Of a DNA stretch of 64,000 nt, positions 38,071-49,512 are shown in pieces. The stretch is from Macrostomum hystrix. Its lineage: Eukaryota > Animalia > Platyhelminthes. The stretch is from NCBI GenBank assembly GCA_950097015.1, contig CATNEN010000007.1, forward strand, positions 3,658,001 to 3,722,000, given 5' to 3'. Both the position numbers and the translations under genes were made by a program. A model generated the notes under the pieces. It ran no database searches. It saw only the letters and a program-made list of their open reading frames with translations, and had not been told where the DNA came from. The stretch's first letter is position 1; each line of letters begins with the position of its first letter.

Positions 38071-40492
38071 TCACCCGTTCTTCACGCTGACAACAATGTG
38101 GCTGAACACCTTGCCGATGGCGTGGAAGCACGGCTCCATGAAGGCCTTCAGCAGGATCTCGTAGATGCGCCTGGTGTACCACAGCGAGATGTCGAAGGCC
38201 CTCAGGCTGGGCTGCCAGCACCAGATGGTGCAGAAGGACAGCAGGGCGAACTCGATGCCCCAGCAGATGGCTGCCGGCACGGCGCAGATCAGCGAGGTGA
38301 TTCGGTAGCACCACAGCTTCGTGGAGGTGAACACCTAGCGTCAGGATTCGGAGTCGGTATTCCGTGAACGGTTCGACAACTCCGTTTTGCAGATTTGGAT
38401 TTTGTCGTTGGACAAAGTTGAGACTTGGGTTTTGAGGGACTTGAGATATTAAGTATTTGTGATTTTGTTCTCAGGATTTTTGGTTTAGTACAAGGGATTT
38501 TTGGCTTCGTACTAAGGATTTTTGGTTTAGTACTAAAGATTTGAGATTTGTGTCTTATGATTTGTGGTTTGTCTTTAATGATTTCTTGTTTGGTTCTAAT
38601 GTTACTAATGATTTGTGGTTTGTTACTAAGGATTTGTGGTATGGTACTAAGGATTTGTGGTTTGGTACCAAGGACTTGTGGTTTGGTATAAGGATTTGTG
38701 GTTTGGTACTAAGGATTTGTGGTTTGGTACTAAGGATTTGTGGTTTGGTACTAAGGAATTGTGGTTGGTGCCAAGGATTTGTGGTTTGGTACTAAGGATT
38801 TGTGGTTTGGTACCAAGGATGTGCGGTTTGGTACTAAGGATTTGTGGTTTGGTACCAAGGATTTGTGGCTTGGTACATAGGATGTGCGGTTTGGTACCAA
38901 GGATTTGTGGTTTGGTATAAGGATTTGTGGTTTGGTACCAAGGACTTGTGGTTTGGTATAAGGATTTGTGGTTTGGTACTAAGGATTTGTGGTTTTGTGC
39001 ATAGGATGTGCGGTTTGGTACCAAGGATTTGTGGTTTGGTATAAGGATTTGTGGTTTGGTACCAAGGATTTGTGGTTTGGTACCAAGGATTTGTGGTTTG
39101 GTATAAGGATTTGTGGTTTGGTACCACCAAGGATTTGTGGTTTGGTACCAAGGACTTGTGGTTTGGTATAAGGATTTGTGGTTTGGTACCACCAAGGATT
39201 TGTGGTTTGGTACCAAGGATTTGTGGTTTGGTACAAAGGATGTGTGGTTTGGTACCAAGGATTTGTGGTTTGGTACCAAGGATTTGTGGTTTGGTACAAA
39301 GGATGTGTGGTTTGGTACCAAGGATTTGTGGTTTGGTACAAAGGATGTGTGGTTTGGTACCAAGGATTTGTGGTTTGGTACCAAGGATGTGCGGTTTGGT
39401 ACCAAGGATTTGTGGTTTGGTACCAAGGATTTGTGGTTTGGTACCAAGGATTTGTGGTTTGGTATAAGGATTTGTGGTTTGGTACCACCAAGGATTTGTG
39501 GTTTGGTACCAAGGACTTGTGGTTTGGTATAAGGATTTGTGGTTTGGTACCACCAAGGATTTGTGGTTTGGTACAAAGGATGTGTGGTTTGGTACCAAGG
39601 ATTTGTGGTTTGGTACCAAGGATTTGTGGTTTGGTACAAAGGATGTGTGGTTTGGTACAAGGATTTGTGGTTTGGTACCAAGGATGTGCGGTTTGGTACC
39701 AAGGATTTGCGGTTTGCATAGAGTTCTGGCGTGAATGCCGTAGCTTCTTTATTTATATTAACTGATCACCGATAAGATATGTTACGGGGTGGCCCTATTG
39801 GTGCTAGAGAGCATATGCCCAAGGATCTGTGCTTGGGTACTTGGGTTTGAGGCTGAGATCTTCGGTTTTTGAGATAGACAGTGCATAGCTAGAGAGCACA
39901 GTGCACAGTGTATCCAAGAGCTGGTATCTTTTTCTTATTTATTGATAAATCCTAAAGGTAAAAGTGCTCCCCGCATTCGCATCGCTCACCTTGTAGCTGA
40001 CCGTCCAGACGCCGTCAAAGCTGAACACGGTCGGGTCCGGCTCAGCAATAATGTCCTCGAATTGCACCTGCATTGGGAGATTCGTTCAAAATGTGAGCCA
40101 AAATCTACAACTCAAGAGACGGATTAAGGTGACACCATAGACCAGAAGTTCCAGGTGTACATCCTGTGGCCCAGCCGAATCGAGTTCAGGGACCTTGGTA
40201 CAAGAGGCAAACGAATTAAAAGCTCTGCCACTCATCCCTTAAGATTCGAACTTAGTACCTCTAGGTCAAAAGCCTCTCAAAGCTCCCACGTTAATCCGCG
40301 AGGCACCTCTATAAGTCCTGATCTCCTCTGACCCGAAGGAAAAGCACACAAAAGTCACCCTACTGCCTTGAGGTGCTGGTTGATGCAGTGCGGGTCCCTG
40401 TCCTGCAGGTCGATGCCGCTCTTCTCCAGCTCCACGCGCACCTGGTCGCCGGCCACCTGCATCACCGCCGGGCTGCGGCCCTCCGAAGTCAT
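38071..40492 (-). CDS. CAV: Caveolin, short isoform (~155 aa) using proximal alternative exon
   Basis: join(40492..40367,40067..39990,38334..38071): MTSEG...IDLQDRDPHCINQHLK|VQFEDIIAEP. The donor is AAG|gcagta (GC), or a weaker GT 3 nt further on that adds Ala. Confidence 0.8.
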
Positions 40493-42254
40493 GTTCTTCT
40501 TTTGAGATAATTTGTCACACTGGAGAGCAAGCACTGTCAGCGATTCAGCCTCATGTGGAGCGTTTTGTGTCCACGTGCGATCCGTAGGCAGTCTTGAGCA
40601 CACATCATCTCCAGCCTGTGCAAACACTGCTCAAGCAATTAAGCACTCGGTTTCAGTGTGTGTGTGTGTGTGTGTGTGTGTGTTCATTCTAAGCCATTTC
40701 CATTCCACAAATGCAGAACATTTGGCCTCGCCTCGCCGGGACAGCTGCTGCAATTGTTTGTCTTTCGAGTCGAGTTCACTGACCCGGGTTGGCCTTGGAG
40801 TTAAAATCACTCTTGCTAACTCGAAGTTCTCAGGCGCGTGGCAGGAAGGTTGCAACCTGCCTTCGTTTTCAACTACCCGAGACCGCTATTACAAAAATCC
40901 AAAGTCCCCGAGCTCGAATCCACACCGTAGCCACATTCATTTGAGGCATCGCCACACTGAAAAACGGCTAGGGGCTTGTCGTACAATTTACTCCCATACA
41001 ACGAGGTTCAGTGAGAGTGTACAGTGCCTGAAGTCAAGAAAAATTCAGAGCTGGTGTACACACCTGTGAGAGTGTGCGAGCTCAGTAGACAAAAAATTAT
41101 GGGCAGAATCGCCTTTTCTCTGGCTTCGAGTCGAATCAAATAATTAAAAAAAAATTAATTCAGGAACCTTTCATATTCACTACTTATGCCTACATCAAAA
41201 GTAGCACTGTTAAAATGTGAATCGAAAAGTTTATAAAATCGCAATTTTTGGAGCATCGAATTGTGCTGCATGCGGCATGCGACATGCGGCTGTGCAGATA
41301 AAAATGCTCGATTGATAAGAATGCCCGAATGAATGAAAGACTGGCACTCCAGAGCACCCCGACCAGACAGCCGCGCCTGCCTGCAGCTCAAACCGGAAGT
41401 CCCTGAGCACTCTGATTCCGACTCCGCATCTCCATCTGGCAGTCATCCTGTCCCCCTGTCCCTCCAAGAGGAGAGGGGAGAGCTAGAGGGGTGGCTGAAA
41501 ATAGAGTCACTCTCATGATTGATGGCGGTGTCGTTAATTACCCTGGCTGACTCTCAGCCCCACCTCTTCCCAGCTTCCCCTCCTCATCCGGAAAGCTGCG
41601 ATTGTGCCGGCAGGCCGCGCGGCGCCAAACTCGCGTCCCAACTAGGCGAGGAGCAGAAATTATCGATTTTTCAACTCTCCACACGACTCGCAGAGCCAGC
41701 GGCAAAAAATGCCTCTTTCTGGTCCCTCCCGCCCGATGCAGAATTTCAAGGGAAAGCAAAACGATTCTGCATGCAAAGAATCTAAATGAATTCCCGCACG
41801 AATCGAGAGGAGTGACTCGGACTAATTAATAATTAATTAGCTGGCTCTCTGTGTGCAATGCCAGTTCTGCAGGTGAACTTGCCTATCTAATGCTGCTTGT
41901 GCAAGACCAGGCCCGCTCACGATTCTCACAGCTCACCTTGCAGTGCGTGTTCAGCCCGTTCGGGTCGCGGCAGATCACGTCCAGCCTCTGTTCCCCATCT
42001 TGGCCGCGCTCCAGCGTCACCCGCTTCCCGGCCACCTTCGGCGCCTTCAGGGTTGGCGTCTTCGGCATCTTGAAGAATGCGCTTCCGCCGCACTTCTTCT
42101 TGGCGGCCTCGTCACCTCCGGGCTCCGCGCTGCCGCCTGCACCGCTGCCGCCCTCCTGCCCGGCACCGAGGCAGGCGGCTGTCTCCTCCAGAACATCGTC
42201 GACTGCGTCTTCCAGTGCGACGTCGTGCTGCTTCGGCTGCTGCTCCTGGGTCAT
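38071..42254 (-). CDS. CAV: Caveolin, long isoform (~219 aa) using upstream alternative exon
   Basis: join(42254..41937,40067..39990,38334..38071): ...LDVICRDPNGLNTHCK|VQFEDIIAEPDPTVFSFDGVWTVSYK|VFTSTKLWCYR...PAAICWGIEFALLSFCTIW. Contains the FEDxIAEP caveolin signature. All junctions GT-AG, phase 0. Confidence 0.85.
38480..39720. repeat. 20-24-bp minisatellite (AGGATTTGTGGTTTGGTACCA) in the last caveolin intron
   Basis: Read directly, ~55-60 copies. Confidence 0.98.
40905..41130 (+). mobile_element. SINE-like element, diverged near-full copy in caveolin intron
   Basis: CCAAAGTCCCCGAGCTCGAATCC head, GCCACATTCATTTGAGG body, GTGTACAGTGCCTGA...ATGGGCAGAA tail. A head-only copy lies at ~40165-40230 (-). 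Confidence 0.65.
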
Positions 42255-44176
42255 GCTGCTCCGCTGTGTTGCTGCTGTGCCAAATGAGAATGTAAACAAA
42301 TCCTGGGTTCGATTCTCTTGGCTTTCAGGGAAGGAAGCGGCTTCTTCTCTCTTCCAGTTGTCTTCTTTCCTGTCGGGGATGAATTTCGGCAGCAGTTCTG
42401 GGCTCCTCTCTGCGACTGCCGCTTTTTTACGGACTGGCTCGCCGGATGAGTTGCCCGGCGCGGGGCTGGACTGCGAGACCTCGAATCGGATAGGACCGCT
42501 CTCGGAGTTGGGCAGCAGGGGAACAGCTGGTGGGATCCGACTGGGGCGGAGGAGGGGAGGGCTGGGGCGGTAGGGACCTCAGGGCGAGAGCTCCGCATCT
42601 CTCTTTCTCGCCCTTTTAGAAATCTCTCCAAGATGTTGTCCCCGCGACCAGTTGTGTGCACAGGCGGGCAAGATTAAAGTCGGACTGAAGCCACAGGAAC
42701 AAATGTTGAGGGTCGGAGCGCGTGACTGCACGAAATGAGAAGCGATAATGAAACAATATCGCGTTCTGTATGAACAGAAAAAAGAGAAAATGGCACAGAT
42801 CAGAGAGTGGAGACAGGACGCCATCAAAGGTGCTCCAAGGCTTTCATTAGCAACTCCGGGGAGTTACGAGATAATATAGCGATATTCTTTGTATCATTTC
42901 GCTATGAAATTGTCAGTTCTGAACGGCAGTGATCCCCCAGTGTGGATTATTAACATGAAGACCATAGCCGTATAAAAGTACATGTAAAAAGAGGCCGAGA
43001 GAAATCTCGTGTCGGTGCTTCCCGTGCTTTCCGGGGGTCGAATTCAGCTCACAGAAGCGAAGCTCAGCTAATCGACTCAAGCCTGAATGGATTAAAACTG
43101 ACGTTAAGAAGATTTTAAGTCCCGGGATGAGAGGCCTTTTGCTTTGCCTTCACAAAGGAATACTGTGTGAGTAGGGTCCCGCACATTGCCGCTGATCTTG
43201 ACATGAGGCAGAAGCGGATGTTTATGGTTGAGAAGTCGTAAATAAGATAGGGCTCCCGGGATAAATCCAATTACTCACCCATGCAGCCTCTCTGACTCTG
43301 GGTGGGGGGACAGGCAGGGTGAAACAGTACTGTACTGTACATTCTCCGTAGCGACAGTCCCTGGCGCGTGACCCAGTTTGACCTTCGTCAAGAGCGGACG
43401 GGAGCGTGACGCCCCCTGCCCTGGTCGACCGGCCTTCCCAGCATGAGACAGGAGGGGTTATTGCCTTCCCATCTTCTCATTCCCTGTACATGCAGCTACA
43501 AGCGACATGCAGCCGCTAGAATCTTTCCCCGGAACTAGACCCTGCTTCGAGCTCAATTATCGACGTCTTTTTTCCCATTTCGGCGATATTTAGACAGAGG
43601 GAATCTTTCGCAGCGTGAGAAAATAAACTAACAAAAGTGTTGGGAAAGCTGAGAGAATGTTCAGAAAACATTCCTAGGCAAAAGTGCATTTGAGCAGCCC
43701 AGCTCCACACAGCCCTGGGGGAATTCATAGTCTTTATGCTAACAGCAACAAATGCCACTTTATTAGATTCCCCTCGCTGATCAAACATGGCGTGGGATGA
43801 ATACGGAATATATTAACTGCAGTTATTTATGGTTCCGAACAGCTCCGAGTTATTGAAATGCATAAATCTTTTTTATAAGAAAATTGCATAAATGAAGGAT
43901 CACGTTTTCTTCCGATTTTCAGCAGGCTTCTGGTACTGTTTTCCAAATTTATTTATTGCACATTTAAGACGTAAAAACAAGAAATAGAATTTTTAATGCA
44001 AAGGTTTCTATAACAAATTGCCGACTAGATGAAAGTCTATAAAAAACTGAAGTACGAGGTAAAGGCTTGCAACTGAGAGAAAGAGTGCAAGAGGGCGCAA
44101 CAATGTGCCCAACAATGTGCACATGACAACACAAAACAAAGTGTTGCTGTTGTCTCAGAGAGAGAATCTGTAGGCT

Positions 44177-46075
44177 TCATCCCGACATCAGCTTGTTCAG
44201 TCGATGCCGCTAAAAAATAAACAATGTTGTTGAAATCGTTATGTGGTGAAGGAGTCTATTACACTGAAGGGAAATCCCCGAAATTTCTATACGCATTTGC
44301 ACATTTTTGTACTACAAGTAGTAGTAGTGGTAGTGGAATCCTGAATTAATTAAACAAAGGTTGCATCCACAGTCGGCACTACCTTCGTCCTCAGATGCAT
44401 CCACAGCCGACACTGCCTTGGTCCTCAGATGCATCCACTGCCTACACTGCCTTGGTCCTCAGATGCATCCACAGCCGACACTCCCTTGGTCCTCAGATGC
44501 ATCCACAGCCGACACTCCCTTGGTCCTCAGATGCATCCACTGCCTACACTGCCTTGGTCCTCAGATGCATCCACTGCCTACACCCCTTAGTCCTCAGATG
44601 CATCCACAGCCTACACTGCCTTGGTCCTCAGATGCATCCACTGCCTACACCCCTTCGTCCTCAGATGCATCCACTGCCTACACTGCCTTGGTCCTCAGAT
44701 GCATCCACAGCCTACACTGCCTTGGTCCTCAAATGCATCCACAGCCTACACTGCCTTGGTCCTCAAATGCATCCACAGCCTACCCTGCCTTGGTCCTCAG
44801 ATGCATCCACAGCCTACACTGCCTTGGTCCTCAAATGCATCCACAGCCTACACTGCCTTGGTCCTCAAATGCATCCACAGCCTACACTGCCTTGGTCCTC
44901 AGATGCATCCACAGCCTACACTGCCTTGGTCCTCAGATGCATCCACAGCCTACACTGCCTTGGTCCTCAGATGCATCCACAGCCTACACTGCCTTGGTCC
45001 TCAGATGCATCCACTGCCTACACTGCCTTGGTCCTCAGATGCATCCACTGCCTACACTGCCTTGGTCCTCAGATGCATCCACAGCCTACACTCCCTTGGT
45101 CCTCAGATGAAAATTTATAGGCAAAGGAAACAAAAAATTGACAATAATCGATGTAGCACAGGAAAAACCCACATCAGCTTTGCTCATCCCGGATGGCTCC
45201 TGATCAGCGTCAGCCGACGTCGCTGTCGCGACCCCTGACGGTGGCAGCATGGCTTCCAGTCTGACAGCGCGCAAAGCGGTGGGTTGGCAGGCAATGAGGT
45301 GGTCAACGTCGCGCTCAGCCGCCTGCGAGTGCCGAATGCGCAGAATCCGCAGGCGGTTCCGAGCCTCCGCTGACCTGGCCGGATGAGGATGGCAAGTTTT
45401 GGGGATTGCTTCGAATGGATTGGAAGCAGGCTTTGAAATCTCAGGTGTTAGTTTTTTTAATGTTCTTAAACCAACACACTTAATCACTCATTCATCAATA
45501 CTTAGACACTTCGTCACCTAGTCTACGGAAACTTTATGACCTAGTCTATGGACAATTCATCACTTAGTCTATGGACACTCCGTAATAACCTAGTCTATGT
45601 GTTGTGCTGAGGCAGCGTGGCCAAATGGAAAACGGAGCAGTAATAATTGAGAAGGTGAAAAGGAACTTAGGCTTGAAAGGCCTGCGCAGCCAACCCCCCC
45701 CCAGCCAATCACAACGCGCCACGTGCGCTTGCACTCTAGGCGGCATGCAAGCCACATACAGAACACTATGGACACTTTGTCATCACCTAGTCTATAGATT
45801 AGTTCATCGTCGTCTTTTTCTTCAAAACTTTTGACATTCATTCCTTCATTCTACTGGTCTGGCTCAATGGCATACAGGGACAAAAATCCCAGCTCACTTT
45901 AACTGGCCGACCAGAATTTCGTACTGCTGCTCGTCAATGTTGACTGTGTTCCGCCGCTCATGTTGCTCCCTCTGCTTCTTCTGGCGAGCATTGACTCGCT
46001 TCTGACTCTCAACAATGGCCTCCATGACTTCTTTGCTGGGCTCGTTGTACTGTATGCAGTGCGATTCATGAGTAA
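44177..46075 (-). CDS. LKAAEAR1: LKAAEAR motif-containing protein 1-like; 5' end uncertain (candidate first exon 46750..46697)
   Basis: Exons 46075..45898, 45374..45173, 44209..44177 are phase-consistent: ...QYEILVGQLK|SAEARNRLRILRIRH...LIACQPTALRAVRLEAMLPP...KAD|RHRLNKLMSG*. This matches my recollection of the family motif LLGVLKAAEARxRxRxLRLRY...RAAIRLELFLPP. Confidence 0.75.
44380..45110. repeat. 34-bp minisatellite (GTCCTCAGATGCATCCACAGCCTACACTGCCTTG) in the last LKAAEAR1-like intron
   Basis: Read directly, ~21 copies. Confidence 0.98.
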
Positions 46076-47230
46076 CTTTAGTTTTATAAACAAACAAACA
46101 AAACAAACAGACGATAAAAAAATTAGAAAAACTATACAATTTATTCCAGTTGAATTACAGTTAAATATAAAAATTTAAACTTTTCATTAAGAAAACGGAT
46201 CTGGAAACCAAAAATATACGCATTATGTATCTATAATATACATAATTATAATAACATAATATGCACATAATGACATAATATCTAAATAACATACATTTAT
46301 CATTACATAAACTTACAATTAATTATATATGTATGCTATAACAATAATATGAAACAAGTTTTTGTTCGCGAATTCCGGAGATTTCAGTAGACATTTATTC
46401 ATTCATTAAAATTAGATTCATAAAAATGGTTTCTTTTGAGACAACTGACTAGAACTAGTGTAAAAAAATTTTGTGAAAATAAAAAATTCATTCACTTGAC
46501 TGAAAATATGTTGTAAGGTGAGACTGCCCAACGTACATAAGAGATAAAGTAAAATTGAAACTTACTGGAAATTTTTATAATTACTTTCACAACAAAACTA
46601 ACAGCAGCAGTAGTTTTTTAACACTCAGAGATTAAACCCGCCCAGTCGATTTACGAGTATAAGAAGTGAAATCTTTATTGTAATATATAAACCCACCGCT
46701 CTTAAACGTTCCTGTTTTCGCTGTTGTTCATTCTTGCCATTTGTAGACATTTTTATTTCTCTTTGGTTAGTTTTTTCCGATGTAGCTGCACTGCAAAACT
46801 GTCACGAAACGAGTAAAACTATATTAATCTAAATGAACAACCTATATTTTTACGAAATTGAAGTAATTCAGTTGCAAGTGAAGCGATAAAATAATTAGAA
46901 AGATAGCAATTCTGATATACATAAATAACGTTTTACTTAAATAATTTAATTTATAAATTTTTCTCTTTTTTGTCTTACTTTTGCTAAAAAGTTTAACGCT
47001 TACACATGTTTTGTTTTAATGAGTTATATCTCTTCACGGAGGATTGTGACCAGAAAAAGTTATGTTTCTTCTCCTTAGCATCTTAACCCAAGGACCGTCG
47101 TATATTAGCCAGAGTTATAGTCGTGTAAATAAATATATATATATATACAGTTACATGGTTATGCTACAGTAGTCAATTGTCCTGCCTTTGCCTATCCAGC
47201 TTCTTAAACCATATGCATTATAGATCCTTA

Positions 47231-47360
47231 GCTGTGCCGCCTGGTGTTCAGGCGCCTGGTGTTCAGGCGGCACAGCGAACAGAGCCTACTGTTCACTGAT
47301 GCTCAGGTCGAGTCGGAGATCGAGAACAGCGAGGAGTGGGCGAAGTTCAGCTTTACGTGA
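47231..47360 (+). pseudogene. 3'-terminal remnant of the CTLD-PAN gene family
   Basis: Reads LLFTDAQVESEIENSEEWAKFSFT*, nearly identical to the end of 48663..49394, and is preceded by a rearranged hairpin segment. Confidence 0.8.
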
Positions 47361-47803
47361 GGGAGGGCAAATTGAAATTTAGCCAAATTAAAACTCCCGT
47401 AGGCCATTCGTTAGCCTTTATTAGCCTATAGTCTAGAAGTCCTTGAATTTAGCATTAAAAAATCACGAAAAGCGTTAATCAAGCTAAGATTAAGTATTTC
47501 GCTGTTAAATGTGCGTAAGCTCAATCGAAGCAAACGTGGCTGTAGACTGCTCGTACTTTAATCATATAATTAAACAATTTACAATCATATTGTTAATAAG
47601 TGCAAATAGTTGAATTTTACACATTTGAACCAAGGACCGGCCACTAGAAGAAGACATCTTCTTCTTCTAGTGGTCCTTGATTTGCACATGCATGGCTGGC
47701 CATTTCCTGAAGGCCATTGTCAAGAATGAAGGCAGTTGCCACGAAGTGAAATTTTAGGCAATGAGCCTAACGATGAGACTGCCTGCAGATGCACTGTACA
47801 TTA

Positions 47804-47956
47804 TACACTGCCTGACGATAAGAAAGTCAGGGCAGAGGTATACACCTGTGTGAGCGTGTGCCTTCGTACAGTATCTGTGTGCATGTGTGCTCAGGAGTCA
47901 GCGAAATGGGCAGAATTGCCTAGCTCTCCTCGCTAGCTGCAGGTCATGTGTCGCCA
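47804..47956 (+). mobile_element. SINE-like element, 3' half
   Basis: TACACTGCCTGACGATAAGAAAGTCAGGGCAGAGGTATACAC...GTGTGCTCAGGAGTCAGCGAAATGGGCAGAATTGCC. Confidence 0.7.
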
Positions 47957-48662
47957 AATGATGTAGTACGATTGCCCGCAGCCATCCTGCAATTATTATC
48001 ATGATTAAACGACAATATAAACGATCGTTAGTAAATTCTCGACAGTGGACTCACAGTCAGTTGCACTGACCCCTGCACATCTGCGTTTTCAGGCTTTTTT
48101 TCAACTACTTTAAATAATATCTGGCGAATATGCTGCATTTGTAAAATTTAGTACGAAGCATTGTTAATTCCATAGTAGTCGATTTAATAAAAATTTCTCT
48201 GACGTCAAACTGAATGAATAATAAGGCATAGTGGCATAGTAGAGTATAAACACGCTTAGTATAAACTTCAATTGCCGGAGACATTCGTTCTGAGCCAGTC
48301 AGTCGTCATAGTAGAAATGGAATTATGCATTCGTATTTTGGAAAAAGCTAAAGCTCAACTAAGTGTCCCAAAGTACACTCAAGACAGTTTTCTTGACGCT
48401 TATACATCTCTGCTGACCCGAAGTCGATGCGCATGGTAGGTGCTGAACTGAAATATGAGTCTGTCTCACCGTTTGGATGTCTAGACTAGAACCCTAGGTG
48501 GTTGCTAGGGTATGGGAACAGGTGCGTCAGGATTACGCAGCTTCTATTTAATTCAGCTCCGACAAAGAATTGCCTAACAATTCTTTATTTATTGCCAATA
48601 AAATTGCAAAAGTTGAGCTTAAATACTCGTAGAAGAGTTTTATGTAGATTTTTTAAGGTAAA

Positions 48663-49394
48663 ATGGTGGACAAAAACTTTTACAAGCTTCTGCAACTTGT
48701 GCTGCTACTGCTGTCAGCCCAGGCGCAGTCGCCGTGTCCAAGTCCATTCAGCAACTCATCCAGTCGCTGCGAATTCGTGAGTACGGCTCAAACCTGCTCA
48801 TGGTGCGAAGCCAACCTGCAGTGCTCAGCGCTCGGAGGCGAGCTGGCGAGTGCCTACGACTCTATAAGGAGACAGACTTTCAGCGCAAGCCTGTGGATCG
48901 GTGTGACAGACTTTGCCGATGAACGAGTCAAATCGAGGTCGGGATGGCAGAGAATTAATGACATGGGCATCATGCCCACCGATAACGCTCTCTGGTATGC
49001 GAACGATCCGAACACTGATCTGCAAGACTGTGTAAGAATCTATACCATTAGTGATCCGGGACGTCTTGCTAATAATTACTGCACAAATCACTTTGGTTTC
49101 CTGTGCGAGTTTAAACCTATGGGCCAGTCTGTCAGCAACCTGAAGTCAAAAGCTTGGAAGCGAGTGGCGTTCAAGAGGACCAGCTACAACCCGAGCTCCG
49201 AGTACTGCTACAAAGACCTGCACGGCATGCCGAGCGCTCTCCGCTGCGTGGCTGCGGCTGGTCGAGACGCGAACTGCAGACGCGCGCTGTACAACAGGAG
49301 GTCGCGACTGTGCCGCCTGCTGCTGTTCACTGACGCTCAGGTCGAGTCGGAGATTGAGAACAGCGAGGACTGGGCGAAGTTCAGCTTCGTGTGA
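48663..49394 (+). CDS. Secreted C-type lectin domain + PAN/Apple-like domain protein (243 aa), intronless
   Basis: Signal peptide (KLLQLVLLLLSAQA). CTLD with WCEANLQC, LWIG, DCV and FLCE. C-terminal PAN-like C...SALRC...C....YN...LC.L pattern. Confidence 0.9.
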   Translation: MVDKNFYKLLQLVLLLLSAQAQSPCPSPFSNSSSRCEFVSTAQTCSWCEANLQCSALGGELASAYDSIRRQTFSASLWIGVTDFADERVKSRSGWQRINDMGIMPTDNALWYANDPNTDLQDCVRIYTISDPGRLANNYCTNHFGFLCEFKPMGQSVSNLKSKAWKRVAFKRTSYNPSSEYCYKDLHGMPSALRCVAAAGRDANCRRALYNRRSRLCRLLLFTDAQVESEIENSEDWAKFSFV

Positions 49395-49512
49395 GCGAGG
49401 ACTGGGCGAAGTTCAGCTTCGTGTGAGAGAGGACTGGGCGAAGTTCAGCTTCGTGTGAGAGAGGACTGGGCGAAGTTCAGCTTCGTGTGAGCGAGGACTG
49501 GGCGAAGTTCAG
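49363..49512 (+). repeat. 32-bp tandem repeat of the last codons plus stop of the lectin gene (~4.7 copies)
   Basis: GCGAGGACTGGGCGAAGTTCAGCTTCGTGTGA (or with 1-nt change) at 49363, 49395, 49427, 49459 and partially at 49491. Confidence 0.97.

Noticed and set aside
38009-38367. Overlapping ORFs 38009..38314(-) and 38044..38367(+)
   Set aside because: Alternative frames of the last caveolin exon; the caveolin frame is 38334..38071.
38541-39765. Long ORFs on both strands (PNHKSLV / TKPQILG / RICGLV repeats)
   Set aside because: Products of the 21-bp intronic repeat in caveolin.
41851-42573. 240-aa + strand ORF
   Set aside because: Antisense shadow of the GC-rich caveolin upstream exon.
44361-45238. 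Three + strand ORFs of 205-249 aa
   Set aside because: 34-bp repeat read in rotating frames, inside a minus-strand intron.
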